DNA of 64,000 nucleotides from Vicugna vicugna. Lineage: Eukaryota. The stretch's first letter is position 1. Every line of letters starts with the position of its first letter. The notes under the pieces are model-generated. The model made no database searches and had not been told where the DNA came from. It was given only the letters and a program-made list of their open reading frames with translations. Below, piece after piece: positions 1-13,244 of the stretch. The position numbers and the translations under genes are program-made. Location: the NCBI GenBank assembly GCA_013265495.1, contig MU057959.1, forward strand, positions 261,202 to 325,201, in the 5' to 3' direction.

Positions 1-877
1 AAGTAACAGCTAATCAGATTCCTCTTTGCTTTTTTTTTCTGTTTATCATTAAGCAACTCTATCTAATCTAAGATCATTTCCATGAATATTTTAAAATCCC
101 TTCAGCGTTTTTTCATTTCAGTTTTCTGCCTCATTATATTTTACTGACCATAATGCCAAAATTGATTTTGACTGTGTTACTCATGGGGATATGGATGTAT
201 ATAAAACTTTTAAATTCAGTTAGAATTTGAAATCATATCATCATAAAGTTAGAACTGATCATCTTATTTAAAACAAGCCTCTCTGCATAGGCAGAATTAG
301 AATTAAACTGCCCTCAAACGATAGTTAATTAGGTTTCTCATAAACTTTCATTAAAACATGAAATAAATAGAGTTACGCTCTTAGAGGCTAAATGCAGCGC
401 CTTGCTACTAATTTAGGAGGAACAAATATTCTCAAAATAAGGGGAAATGTCTCAATTTCTCTGTGTTTCAAAATTAGAACATGAGCAAACTGTATGAACT
501 GTATGGCAAACTTTCATTTCATACCTAAGATTTCCACATATTTTTTCAAACAGGGTCATCTTGATTTATGAAGAGGTACAGCACCTTTTATTTGTATTCT
601 TTAAAAATAAATCAAAGAAAATTAGCCACTCATTGCGGATAGTAATCTGAAGCCAGTTTTCAAAGGCAGTGCTGCAGTGTGGTCTTAAAAGGCCACCAGA
701 ACCATACACTGCAAGTAGTCTTGATTTTTTAGAGAGCTCCGAATTTTGTTCTGAAATAAGTAAATCCAACTTATTTGGGACGAAACTAAGCATGAGAAAG
801 ATGCACATAGCATTCAAAATGCTGATGATTATCTCTGGAGAATAATGAAGGGAAATGGGTATAAATACCTGTTTAAG

Positions 878-1053
878 GCGGGGAGGGTAGAGCTCAGTGT
901 TACGGTGTGTGCTTAGCATGCGTGAGGTCCTGGGTTCAATCCCCAGTCCCTCCATTAAAAAAATAATAAACAAACAAACAAACAAATAGATAGATAACCT
1001 TAATGACCTCCATCCTGCCAAATAAAAATAAAAATAAATAGATTACTGGAAAA
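878..1053 (+). mobile_element. tRNA-derived SINE (camelid vic-1 type)
   Basis: tRNA-like head GGGGAGGGTAGAGCTCAGTG (A box) ... GGTTCAATCCC (B box) and A-rich tail. 15-bp TSD AAATACCTGTTTAAG (863-877) / AAATGCCTGTTTAAG (1054-1068), one mismatch. Confidence 0.93.
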
Positions 1054-1954
1054 AAATGCCTGTTTAAGAAGAAAAAATAAAGCAAAGAACTACCTATAGA
1101 TGGGGGGTTGAGACTTCCATGACAACGGAGGCACTCAAAGGGCCGGAATTTCTCTCTCAAAAAAAAGATAAAATTGCTTCAACCATTCTCTTTATGGAAA
1201 TGATGTAAAAATCATGGGCATTTTTAAAGTGAAAAAAAAATCAAGATATTTTAACCTTAAAATCAAGTTGGATCAAGAATCTGGATTATCTGTCAGTGTA
1301 GAAAGATGAGCCAGCTTATCAGTGAGTCAGGAGCACATTTTAAGGGATTTGGGAACACAAAATGGATTCAACTAGAGAGAATGATGCAGATGCTCCCCTG
1401 ATATTTTGGAAATAAAAAAAAAACACATAGGCGAACACAAATATGTGTGGAATGAAGAAAACAAATTCCGATGAAGTACCCGGATACCCGAGATCCTAGT
1501 GAATGTTCTGATTGGCTCGGTTATGTCTGGTGGGTGAGCAGCACTGTCAGGTCCACTGAGCTCTGGGATGGTCCAGCTCAGCACTGTCCACACTCTCTGT
1601 CGCTGCTGGCCTGTGCTTCACAGAAGGGCGTATGCTCAGTTCTGGCTGATTTCCTGGCTCTCACAGTCTGACTGTCAGGACTTGGTTGCCCAAGGAGCTC
1701 AGTCAAACAGCATGAGACGTGTGAACACACGTCTGACTGTAAGGATGACCAGGTTGGATGTCGCTTTTTCCTGCCCCCTCCTAGGAACTCTTAACATTCT
1801 ACCTGATATTGCTAAGTTTTCCTGTCTGGTTATTTCCTGAGTGTGGTGAATCCCACCCGTGGGTTCTGCAGGTAGACTGGTTAAAACTGCAGTTACAGGT
1901 GCTGAGGGTGGCCATGCCTGGTACTTGCAGCTTCTTAGGTGAAAGTTTACAAAT

Positions 1955-2060
1955 GGAAGGAGCGGAGGATGGATGGAAGGAAGGAGGGGAGGGAGGGAAG
2001 GAGGGGAAGGAGGAGGGACGGGAGGAACAGAAAAGTATGGGAAGAAGAGGATAGGGAAAA
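1955..2060 (+). repeat. purine-rich (GGAA/GGAG) low-complexity repeat
   Basis: Directly visible GGAAGGAAGGAGGGGAGGGAGGGAAGG run. Confidence 0.85.
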
Positions 2061-2475
2061 AATGACAAAGAAAAAAGATTTTATAAAGACAGAGAAGAAC
2101 CAGAAAACGATCTTGAAAAAGACAAATGAGTAGATTTCTGCAAAATAGCTTTCCAGTATTGACTTAGATGGTTTTTCAATTACTGAGTTAAAGGGCCTGC
2201 AGGAGGGTGTCCCCCATCTCTCACTGCATTAGAAACTGCCCTCAAAGTGCAATGCCTTAAAACCGTGGCGTTCCGCTATTTCTCATTAAGATGCACGTTG
2301 CCTTGGCGGTTTCTCTATCCAACTGGCTGACCTCACTCACACGCTCACATTGAGAGAGAGGTTCAGGCATGACTGGGCTCCACTGAGGGGCTCGGACAGT
2401 GGAACCTGCCTCTCCATGTGGTGTTTCATCCTTATTTCCTTAAGTCCTGTAGCATTGAGGCTGCCTATCTCTGCT

Positions 2476-3279
2476 TACATTAAGTTCCCAGGGCTGCTGT
2501 GACCCAAATACCACAAACCACGTGACTTTGGTAGCCAGCCACGAGTTTGTTTCCTACGTCTGAGTCTGTTTTGTACATAGATTCATTTGTATGATTTTTT
2601 TAGATTCCACACAGAAGTGATGTCACAGAGTATTTGTGTTTCTCTGTCTTGACTTGCTTCACTTAGTGTGAGGATCTCCAGGTCCATCCACGTTGCAGCA
2701 AATGGCATTATTTCATTTTTCATTGCTGAGTAGTATTCCACTGTATGTATCTATCGTATCGCCTTAATCTAATCGTCTGTGGATGGACACTTAGGTTGCT
2801 TCCATGTCTTGGCTGTTGTACATGGCACCCCTGTCATCCTTGGGGTGTGTGATACCTGCTCCCTCCATCTTCACCCTCAGGATCTCACCCTACTCCTGAG
2901 ATCTTAAGGCTGTATGTATCCCCAAGTCAAGTTGTCAACAGATCTCGCTCCTTCTGAGGAGTCCAGGCAAGGATCCTTCCTGCTTCTTCTGGCTTCTGGT
3001 GACCCTGGACATCCCTCAGCTTGTGACTGTATGACTGCCATCTTTGCCTCTGTCTCTGTGTGGCTTCCCCTCTGTGTCTGTGTGTCCACCTGGGTTCCTC
3101 CTGTCTTATAGTAACACCAGTGATGTTGGCTTAGGGGGGCCCCTCCTACTCCAAGATGACTCCTCTTAACTATGTGAAAACATCTTCATTCACCCTATTT
3201 CCAAGTAAGGTCAGACTCTGCAGTGTTGGAACTTAGGACTTCAGTATGTCTTTTGGGGGATGCAGTTCAACCCATAACA
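2476..3279 (-). mobile_element. MaLR LTR (MLT1C-like), interrupted by an L1 fragment
   Basis: Reverse-orientation MLT1 motifs GGGCTGCTGTGAC..AAATACCACAAAC, CTTCTGGCTTCTGGTG, CCCTATTTCCAAGTAAGGTCA, ending TTCAACCCATAACA. Confidence 0.8.
2528..2855 (-). mobile_element. L1 3' end fragment nested in MLT1
   Basis: CTTCACTTAGT..TCCAGGTCCATCCACGTTGCAGCAAATGGCATTATTTC and GATGGACACTTAGGTTGCTTCCATGTCTTGGCT are antisense L1 ORF2-end/3'UTR hallmarks. Confidence 0.9.
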
Positions 3280-4209
3280 CTGGCATATGTGTAACCCACC
3301 TACCCTAATATTTAATTCCAGTTTCTATGTTTTACCTGCCTTCTTATAAATTAATCTCTAATACATTCCTTCTGTGTTTTCTTTCCCCTGAGAATCTCAT
3401 TCCACCAAGATACAAATAAGAAAAACACCATTGCTGGAAATCAAGATGCAAAGATTCGCACATTACAGGGGGAAAGACTTCTAGGCTTGGATTTTCTGCA
3501 GCATGGTTGACCAAATCTCTGATGCAGTGTGATTGTAAACACAAATGCTGGATAAAATATACATCAGCATTATCTTAGATACATCCAGGAGCTGAGAAGA
3601 AAATTGGAAATGCTAAGGGGGAAAAAAAAAAAGACTAGTAAAGTCAGAACAGGCACTGATGCTGGCTTTGGTTTTCAGATAATTTCTTGAATTGGTGAAC
3701 ATGAGAACTGACATTCTACCAGGTCACTGGATTAAGGCTACAAAGACTAAAGACCTTGGACAGGTCAGAATAATTAGGTTCATGGAAAAGTGCTCCTAAA
3801 CCTGTTGCTGCAGGGCATGACCACAGCATGAAGTAAAAATCTCCTGGCAAAGTACGAAAGTAAATAAGCACACTAGAGAAGAAGGGAAGAGCTTTAGAAA
3901 AGGTTAATTATCTCTTTTTGGAATTAATAAATGCTCAACAATGTAGGGAGTCTTGGCCGATGGATTTTTTAAAGTCATTGTAATTTTAAGACGTTCATTA
4001 AGATAGCATTGCATCCTTGCAAGATGGGTCGAAGATACCATGAGATACATGAGTATATTGACTCTGGTTAGACAGAGGTGGGGTTGCCAGTCATTGTGGA
4101 AAGGAGGGGTGTTCACTCCCTTGCATGCATGCTCTAGTTCACAATAAAAACTGCAAGGAAACAAACAGCAGTTGGTTATAAACCACGAGTAGGATGAGGG
4201 AAACAAGGT

Positions 4210-4740
4210 TGTAAGATGTCCAGCAAGAATGCTGCTGCCTCCTGGTGGCACACACGCTGCCTAATTCAGTCCCCTTGAGTGTGGATGGGGCGGTGGATGG
4301 GATGGGATTTATTTCCCAAGATGAGGCTACTACCCATTTGGCTTTGAGTTGATCACAAGAAGGGGGATTTTTCCTGGTGAGCCTGACCTAATCAGGTGAA
4401 CCTGAAAAGAGATGAGAGCAGGTGCACTTCTGCAGGGCTCAGGGAAGACAGCAGTCACCTGTGATGAGGACTGAGAAGGGCTGGCTTCTAGGGACTGGGT
4501 CTCCCGCAGCCAGCAGCAGACAAATGACAGGACCTCAGCCCTACAACCCCAAGGAACTGAACTCCCAAAACTTCCAGATAAGACTGCAGCCTGGCCAACA
4601 ACTGGACTTAATGCATGTGAAACCCTGAGCAGAGGAGAGAGCTAAGCCGTGGACTTGTGTCCCGTGGAGGCCATGAGATAATGAAAGCGTGTTTAAGCTG
4701 CTGCCGTTGGAGTCGGTTTTGCAGTGGCCACAAATAGATG
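4210..4740 (+). mobile_element. MaLR LTR (MLT1E/F-like)
   Basis: CCCCTTGAGTGTGG, GCCTGACCTAATCAGGTGA, ACCTCAGCCCTACAACCCCAAGGAACTGAA, ACCCTGAGCAGAG, TGAGATAAT..TTTAAGCTGCT motifs. Confidence 0.75.
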
Positions 4741-7700
4741 GGGGTCATTAGGTTACAGAGATGATGATCGTCCAGATGTTATGTTCACCTTGAAACGATC
4801 AAATGTCTTGTGAATGAGTCAGAGCTGTCGAAAGGGGGACAGTCAGCGTAGCAGATCGGGAAGGGGAATTAAACCTTAGCACATCCCCCACGTCGCACAG
4901 AACATGGCCATAGTCATTTCATTCAAGAGCCTGTGCCTCTTACCGGACAGGACCAAGCGGGTGGTGGGATGTTTTCCCATCTGAGGGTGTGTCAGCACAG
5001 TTTTCAGAAGGACATTTTCACATCACACTCAGGCAAAAATCAACAAATAAAGAAGTGTAGCAGGCTGACCTTGAGGGGTCCCACTTTCAACAACATGGCA
5101 CGACTCCAATGGACTCATCCAATTTCCAGGTCCCAGTTGCAAACCTCACCTCCAAAAATTTTCTCCATGCCCTTCGTAAGAGTTTGCCTTTCTATTGGAA
5201 CCACGTAGTATCCGTTATTTCCAGAAGCACAGTTCTGCAAATGAGAAATCATTTTTAATATTTGAAGGCTCAGTCAACAAATGAGTTGGCATTGGTTTGG
5301 GAAGGGGGGAAAAAAACAGATTGCAGACTGGAAAAAGAAATCCACTCACCATGGGGTTTTACACAGAGTGGCTTTCGTGACAACATGTGTACCAAACAGT
5401 GACCTTCAATAAACAAGAAATGTCCAGAGAAAGGCCAATTGGTGTCAGAATCCTTTCTTTAGAATAATCAGCCATCATTTCACCAACTTCTGGCTCTGTC
5501 GCTTTTGCCTGGCCTGTTCTGTTGCTACAAGGCTGCTTTCTGTTCAGCAGGGGACTCTCCATCCTGCTGGCGTCCCCTCCCCGGCCTCTGCGCCACACAC
5601 GAGGAGGAAGGCAGGCTCCCCGCCATCTGGCATCAAAGCCCTCCTCGCCGACTTCGCAGGTGAGTTTCTTGTTGATGAAACAGACCCCAGCCATGGGGAA
5701 AGACACCGTGAGCAAATTTCTGCCCAAAAAAAGCGTTACAACGAGAGAATGTCAAAGGTAACAATGTTTTGTTTCTGTAGAAGACAGTTGTTCCCTGTAG
5801 AGCCAATTACATGTGATTAGTATATACCGGTGTGGAGGGTATTCAACTCATCATCGGATTATAAAAGCCGAGGGAAGTCTGTTGAGCAGGGGCGTACAAT
5901 TTGGTCGCTGGTAAAACCCATCTTGGATTGTCTACAAAGCGTTTATCACAAGGTAGGAATTCAGCAAATCACTACCAATCACTGTTTATTCATTCCAGCA
6001 CCGTTGGGTTCACCACCACCGTGTTTTTCCGTCAATTCTCCTTCTTCACCTGGTATGTATTACAAGCCAAGGTGTGTTGCTTACTGAGAGAACGTCTTTG
6101 CCTGAACACAGGTGGCAAGAAAAAGTGGAGTTTGCTTTTTAAGGAAATCAGTGGAAGCAAATTTGAGGATGATTAACATCTTAATCCTGGTGGAAAGGAA
6201 TTGATACTTAGTAAGATTTTATTTGGCAATCATCTTTTATAACGGTCAGATTCCGTTACTTTTTTTAATGTAAGCCGTACAGATATAAATTTTACTAATC
6301 TACAGATTTATCTGTCTTCCAAAAGCTTAGGAGGTGGTATTTTCTTATCAACATAAGTACATTCCAGTTAAATAAATCCAGGGATTCTGCCCACAAAGAG
6401 TTTTGCTTGAAGAATGTTTGAGTGTCTGTTTTATAGTCATCATTGTGTGTGTTGTTTCTTTTTTAACTTGTGCTGTGCTTGGAGAATCTGGTCGGTAGGG
6501 TGCAGATCTTAAGTGATTGGTTAAAGGGGACTGTCTGAAATACTTCTACTTTTTGAAAAAAAGAATGCGATATTTGGGCAAATTTAGAAAGTCCGTAAGA
6601 AACGTGCTTGTGGTTGGACAAGTGAATGTTTTACTCACCACAGCAGGAGAGAATGCAAACCGGGGAGGCGGGGTGGGGGGTGTCTCGGTATGAAGATGCT
6701 ACAAAGGAGCTCCTGCAGGATTTGCGTGTCGCTGGGCGGTTTATCTGGACTGGAGATTGTTGGAATATGGAGATATTTCTGTGGGAGACTATTTCAATAA
6801 TTCTTACGTCCGGGGACGGCAGAAAAGGCTGCCTCTGTAACTGGGGAACAGGCAGGAACCCAACCAGCCAGAAAACGGGGCTGCTCTGCATTTCGCGGTC
6901 TCACTGTTCCTGGCGTGTCTGAGCTCAGACGCCATCCCGGTGCGGCCTGTCTGTGCGTGAATTCACCCCAACCCCAGGGTGGCCTCGCCATCTGCTCTTT
7001 GAGTTGCGTGTGTCTAACTCCATCCCAGATTCAGTCTCTCTGTTTTCTCTGTTTGAAAATGTGCATAACGTAAAATCCATTTTTCCGAAACTGGTGTTTT
7101 TAATACTTGAGTAAGAGGCGTGTTTCCGAGTCCAGATCAAACCCAAGGAGCAATCTCAGTATCTGAAGGTGACCTGTGTCGTGGGACATAACTCAGTCAT
7201 GGGCGTGCAAGCTCCCAGCTTTACTTTTAGAGGAGTAAGTGGGCTCTCCGTCCTCTGGTCTTCGGCTTGTCCTTTGGACTCAGCGCCCAGAACTGGGCTC
7301 ATTTCCAGGAGCCCAGGCCCCTAGACACCCAGGTGAAACGGAGCCCCCTTCTCTGACCTCCGTGTGAGGGGAGTAAGGTGTCGACTTCACTCGTGTGAAG
7401 GCTGTGAGATTTGGCCGTCACCTGTTTTCGCACCTGTCCTGCTCACAGAAAGCTCGAAAGCAAGGAAGGTCCAGAAGAGTGAGGGTCTGTCTGTGACAGC
7501 CTCGGGGCAGCCCGGCTCTGCTGCCCTGGCGCCGCAGGAACTGCAGACACGACGGTCCGGGTGCTGTGTGCCAGCGATCCGGCCTTTGTGCAGCTTCAGG
7601 ATGCGATTGATCTAGTTTTCTAGTTTTGGCAGCTGGGTTTTGAGCATCAGTGATGGAGGAATACTGCCATCGTAACTGAGGTAATGAAGAATACATTGCA

Positions 7701-7745
7701 CTTTCCTTCGTAATCATGCTTGGCGTCATCAGGTCTTTTGACAAC

Positions 7746-8131
7746 TGCAATGGGCTGAAATGTGCCCCCCCCCAAATTCCTGTACTGAAATCCTAACCCC
7801 CCAGGGCCTCAGAATGGGGCTGTGTTTGGAGGTGGGGGTCTTTAAAGAGGTGATGAAGGTAAAATGAGGTCACTAGGGGGGTCCTGATCCCATAGGACTG
7901 GGGTCCTTATAAGGAGAGGAGATGAGGACCCAGACACACACACAGGGACGCCCGCGGGAGGGCGCAGGGAGGACACGGCCGTCCGCACACCAAGGGGAGA
8001 GGGCTCAGGAGACACCAGCCCTGCTGACACTCTGATCTCAGACTCCAGCCTCCAGAATCATCATAAAATAACTTTCTGTTAAGTTCTCCATTCTGTGATG
8101 TTTGTTAAGGCATCGCTTGCGGACTAACACA
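7746..8131 (+). mobile_element. MaLR solo LTR (MLT1B-like)
   Basis: TG..CA termini (TGCAATGGGCTGAA ... CTAACACA). 5-bp TSD ACAAC/ACAGC. GGTCCTTATAAG, CAGCCCTGCTGACAC and CCAGCCTCCAGAA motifs. Confidence 0.9.
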
Positions 8132-8368
8132 ACAGCCGCATATGTTCTACTGTAGCTCTGCGTTAAACCCCTGCTGGGAACCACCACCTGTATATCGCCA
8201 CATTCTTTAGAAACTATGTTTCACTTAAACTTGTCTTTCAAGAGGACAATCATGCAATGCCTATTCTGCCTTCAAGATCAATACCATTGGGCCCCAGAGA
8301 ACAGGTATAAATCTTAAAAACTTCGAAGCTGTTTCCATACTGTGTCATGATCCATTGAGATATATAGA

Positions 8369-8846
8369 GAGGGAGACCTCAGAGAAACTGCAGGTTTGGT
8401 TCCAGACCAACACAATCAAGCCAATATCACAATAAAGTGAATCACACGAATTTTTTGGTTTCCCAGTGCAGCTAAAACTAATGTTTACATAAGACTATAG
8501 TCTATTAAGTGTGCAATAGCATTATACCTAAAAAGAAAAAAAAACTACAGATCTTCATTTAAAAATGCTTTATTGCAAAAAAAAGTGCTAACCATCCTCT
8601 GAGCCTTCAGCGAGTCTTAAAAGGAACATCCAAGACTGCTGATCGCAGACACCATCACAAACATAACTGCAGTGAAGACGCTTGAAACACTGTGAGAATT
8701 ACCAGAACGTGATGCAGAGACACAGAGTGAGCACATGCTGTTGGGAAAATGGTGCTGACAGACTTGGTTGAGGCCGGATTGGCACAATCTTCAGTTCGCC
8801 AAAACATGCGATTATCTGTGAGGTCCAAAAACACGAGGTCTGCCTG
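8369..8846 (-). mobile_element. Tigger1 internal-deletion derivative (TcMar-Tigger DNA transposon)
   Basis: Both Tigger1 ends with degenerate TIRs (GAGGGAGACCTC... and ...CGAGGTCTGCCTG). GGTTCCAGACC..CAATAAAGTGAATCACACGAATTTTTTGGTTTCCCAGTGCA and GAGCACATGCTGTTGGGAAAATGGTGC. No transposase. Confidence 0.9.
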
Positions 8847-9876
8847 TGTGCGTATGTGCAGACATATCATGGCTTTCTCTCTCCCCTTGTTCCCTCTGTC
8901 ATCTTTTTAGTCATGTGGAATGACTCTGTTTCCATGAGTTAAAATCTACTAGTACCTTAGAAGCTCATGTGGAAGAATTATTTATTGCATGAGACTATGC
9001 ACATGTGTTTTCTTGTTTGTTTGTTTTTTTGTTTTTGTTTTGTTTTGTTTTTTCTGGAGCAGCCTGTTGTGGTTTCTCTAACTTAAGGGGAAATTTGACT
9101 TTCTGCTTCGTTGTCAGAAAGATGGGAAAGATACTGAAAACAGAGGTTTATCTGCCAAACAGCTGGCTAAGGGTAAGCCAGGCAGTTGATCAAGCTGGTG
9201 TTTTATCTGGCTAAGTCAACGTTCATAGTGGAGACACTGGCAAGTGAAAATCAGTCAGCTTAGCTGTCAGCCCCAAGAAGATGGGTTTTTTTTTTTCCCA
9301 TTCCCTGTAAATTGCTGTGATCTGTAAAAGCATTATCTGTAAGTCGTCAGTACAGGTGGGAAAGTCATTGGGATGAAGAGGCATGGGGAAGGAGCCTGAT
9401 GAAAAGGAAGAAATTCAGTAACAACGTTATGCTTGTAAAAAAAAAAAAGAAAAATCTACTTAATTCAGAAAATACAGATCACTGTGGGAATATAATGACA
9501 GCCCATTCGTGGGTCTAACTAACTGAAATGTTTTTTGACAGTTAAACTGAATGATAATTTTCATCTCTCTGTGTGTTAATGTCTTGATAATATTTCCCAA
9601 CCATCCTTTCTTTTTAATTCTCAAAATTACTTTTTCTTTACAATCATAATATTATACAACGTTAGCACAGAAATGAAATTTGGAGATAATCTGCAGCAAC
9701 GTGCCAATTTTATACATGCTTTCAGAGCAGATACAAAGCAGTTAAGCACAGCAGATGCAGAAGAAAATCCAGCTGTTTTCGAAGAAAACACTTTTCAGTT
9801 GAAAGATACTTTTTTTTTCATTAGTCTAGAAACCCTTAACCTACTTTGTAGTACTGTTAGCATTTTAGCAACAAAT

Positions 9877-10418
9877 TGAGACAGGAGGGAAGGGGCAGGG
9901 TAGGGCACCACCATTAAAAGAATGACACAGCCCTTGAGGATACAAAAACTGGTTAGAACCAACCAGGCCCAAGATGGCAGAAGACTCAACTCCCAGTGGA
10001 ACTTGAGCCTCATTATACGCTGATGGTAATACACCAGCCGCTAAATGGCACATCCACAGCTGCCATGACAGTTCCCAGGCTGACTGTCAAAGGCCAAAAA
10101 GTAGGCGGTGGCCTAATTCCTGGAAATCCCTACCCTCTTCTTCGAAATAATTGGAATAATCCTCCCACTTGTTAGCAGATGAAATTAGTCCATAAAAACT
10201 AACAACCCCATACCCTGGGGCTTCTCCCCTTCTGAGACGGCCCACCCTCTGTGGAGCGTGCGGCTCCCTACGTAAGTCCACTTTCACTCTCCTTTGGATC
10301 GCTCTTAAATTCTTTCCTGTGGGAATCCAAGGACCCTCCCTTGGCAGAGTGCATGCCAGGGACCCACCTGAGACATGCGTTGTGACCATTTTCTTGTGCC
10401 CCTCATTTTCCTGCAACA
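9877..10418 (+). mobile_element. ERV1 solo LTR, MER41-like
   Basis: TG..CA termini. MER41-diagnostic blocks in order: CCAAGATGGC, CTCATTATACGCT, GCCATGACAGTT, GAATAATCCTCCCACTTGTTAGCA, AATTCTTTC..ATCCAAGGACCCTCCCTTGG. Confidence 0.85.
10117..10146 (+). promoter_or_regulatory. tandem GAS (STAT) motifs within MER41-like LTR
   Basis: TTCCTGGAA (10117-10125) and TTCTTCGAA (10138-10146), both TTCN3GAA, starts 21 bp apart. Function untested. Confidence 0.55.
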
Positions 10419-10978
10419 CAGTGAGTTAGGGTGTCGACTTTCCTAAGCATTGTCTATCACTATGTGAATTCTGTGACAGGTGCTGTGTATTTCGGTCACT
10501 TCTTGTATTTTAATGTGTGCTTTTAAAGTGGCAATATGACATATAAAATTCAGAAGAACCCAAGGCATCCAGATCCACATCCTGGTAGCAGAACAGCATT
10601 ATGCATTGTTTGGACCTTCTTGTCAAAAACTGTGTATTACCCACTTCCTATATAAATGTAACACATGTGAGTGTGTGTATATGAAAACATACACACACAC
10701 ATGTGTTTGTTTCAGTCTGTCTTTATGTGTTCTACCAGAACTCGTCAAATTTTACTAGAGGTTGGCAAAATGTGTTGTCTCCGTCTTGTAGAACTAATAC
10801 AAGCTTTTCCAGTTGGCCCACCTGCCACCAGTCATAACTAACGTCTGTGATATCTACATTGATAAGTCATATGTCCTAGTCTCTGTCGGGATCACTCTGT
10901 CTCTAAGGAGCAAGCCCATAATCCTTCCTGGATTTTGCCAAGTATCCACTCTTTGAGGTCAGATGGCAGGTGAACCTG

Positions 10979-11544
10979 TGTAGGGGAGCAAACCTCACCA
11001 CCCCAAAATGTCTCCTTGGCAGGCAGATTATTTTGAGCTGAAAACAATCAAGGCTCAAGAAACTCAGGAAGAACCTTTCACCTTCCTCCTAACAGCTTAA
11101 AGAATGTAGGTGGGGGACCTGTCCCGGGAAGGGAGTTGTCACCATAGATGACTATTACATGAACCAGCTGTGCAGACAGGGAGGGACCCAGCAGAGTCTG
11201 TTTATTAAAATAATTCCTCTCCTTGTCCCCATTGTGTCTGCCTGTTCCAGCAAACTTTTTTTTTAACAAACATTTGTTTTCCATCTCCATGTGAATTGCC
11301 TTCCTCCCCTTTGAAGTCCCAAACCGCTATCCCCCAACATCCTCTTTTGTCTTTAAGTGAAGTTGGTGTTTAAGGTGAGGGTTTGGGCCACTTGGTGAGA
11401 GACTCAGTTTTCCTGGGTCTCTCCCAAATGTTATTAAGCATTTGTGTGATTGTCTCTTTCCATCTGTCTCATGTCCTTTTAAGCCTTAGACCAGCTAGGA
11501 GAACCCAGGAGGGTCCGGGACAATGTCTTCCACCCATCTGTGCA
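10979..11544 (+). mobile_element. ERV1 solo LTR, MER34-like
   Basis: Starts TGTAGGGGAGCA..CCACCCCAAAAT..TTGGCA..GATTATTTTGAGCTGAA like MER34A. 3' CTGTCTCATGTC..TTAGACCAGC. 3' end approximate. Confidence 0.78.
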
Positions 11545-12921
11545 GTAGTGAGACAGGGTGGGGAGATGCAAAATCGCAAGTAGCACGTGTCGCTGAGATC
11601 GCTAGGCTTGCAAGATGTGCTGTGTGTTTCGTCTGCTCAGAAGAGAGTCCACATCTCCCTGTGCTTCTTCTGACTTTCTGCTTTGCTTTTCTATCATTAA
11701 ACAGCTTGTAAAAATCATCTTATTCTTCCATAGCTGGTTTTTCCCTGTTGACGCCCTCCAGAGCCATCACCATGCATGAGAGAAAGGAAGAGAGCTGAGG
11801 TTATTGGAAAGGAATTGATACATTGCAGGCCCTTTGTGTCCCCAAGTTACCGGAAGCATGTTGATTAGACTGTGTTCCTCTCCTTTAGAAAGATATGTAA
11901 TTTATTTGGAGATGGGTGTTCTAAGCTCCAAATACTTGCAGCATTTCTCATTTCCAGAGGGTGACAAGAAACATTTTTTCAGAGACATTTAACTGCTCAT
12001 TTTAAGATGATTTGTCTTAGGGAAAAGGCACAGTGAAAGTCCAAAATCTCAATAACGTTGTTAAATACAAGGGAAACGTGTTTGGGGAATTTCTGTAACA
12101 TCAGATGGAACAGTTTCATTCTGGACTGTACATATATTTTCTCCCCACTAAGAGAACGTGAAATGGAGAACCATCGATCATGGATAATCATTTTCTTAAG
12201 AATTTGCTTGATCTCTGTTGATACATAATGTTGCCTGGAATTGCTGGAGTATCGCAAAGCTATGGGGATTTTAAAACACGTTAGAATGGTTTTATTTTAC
12301 TGGTTGATGGTCTCCTTTGGGTTCAGGCTCCTGTGAACCGCCACCACTCAGTAGCAACTGGCTTAATAGCATCAGACAGATGTGATCTTCATTACACTGA
12401 GAAAGCGAAGCGGGTCTCTCAGGCAGCATGTGGAGATTTAAATATTTAGTGAAAAATGGCACTGCACACATAGTGAGCTAGTGTTCATTGTACTTTGGCA
12501 TGCAATGAAATAGAATAAATCCCTTTAAAATCCTTCATTATGATGGCATTATAGTGAAATGATGATGAAATATTATACAGTAGGAAAGCGGATTAACTGT
12601 AGCTACACAAATCTATACCAGTGAGTCTTAACACATTAATCTATAGCTTTTGAAAAAAGCCTCAAGTCACCCTAACCCATGACACTACTTTTTTAAAGTT
12701 TCAGCACAAAACCAAGTGACACCAATAATGGCTTTTATGACATTATATAACTTTGTAGGATTAAACTTAATACATAAAGGAAACTTTCAGTAAAAATTCA
12801 AGATACCAGTTACTTATGGAAAGAGCATGTAGATTGATTCAAGTTACTGATAATATTCTCATTTTTCCTTTGGCTTGTGGGCCCACAGATAATCATTATA
12901 TTGTTAAAAAGGAAAGAATAC

Positions 12922-13244
12922 ATGAATGGAAGGATGGATGGGTAGATGGATGGGTAGATGGATGGATAGATGGATGAATAGTGGATGGATGAATAGTGGA
13001 TTGATGAATGATGGGTGGATGGATGGATGAATGGAGAGATGGGTGGATAGATGGATGAATGGATGGATGATGAATGGTGGGTGGATAGATGAATAGATGG
13101 ATGCGTGAATGGATGGGTGGATGGCAGATAAATGGATGGATAGATGAATGACAGATGGATGGATGAATGGAGATGGACAGGTGGATGATGGATGGATAGA
13201 TGGATGGTGGGTGGATGGATGGATGGATGGATGATGGATGGATA
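12922..13244 (+). repeat. (TGGA)n / GGAT degenerate simple repeat
   Basis: About 320 bp of GGAT/GAAT/AGAT tetramers. Explains the His/Pro/Ser/Ile ORFs at 12810-13292. Confidence 0.97.

Noticed and set aside
878..955. tRNA gene (also at 19938, 28843, 38732, 51256)
   Set aside because: The tRNA-like heads carry SINE tails and, in several cases, TSDs, and they are mutually diverged. They are SINEs, not tRNA genes.
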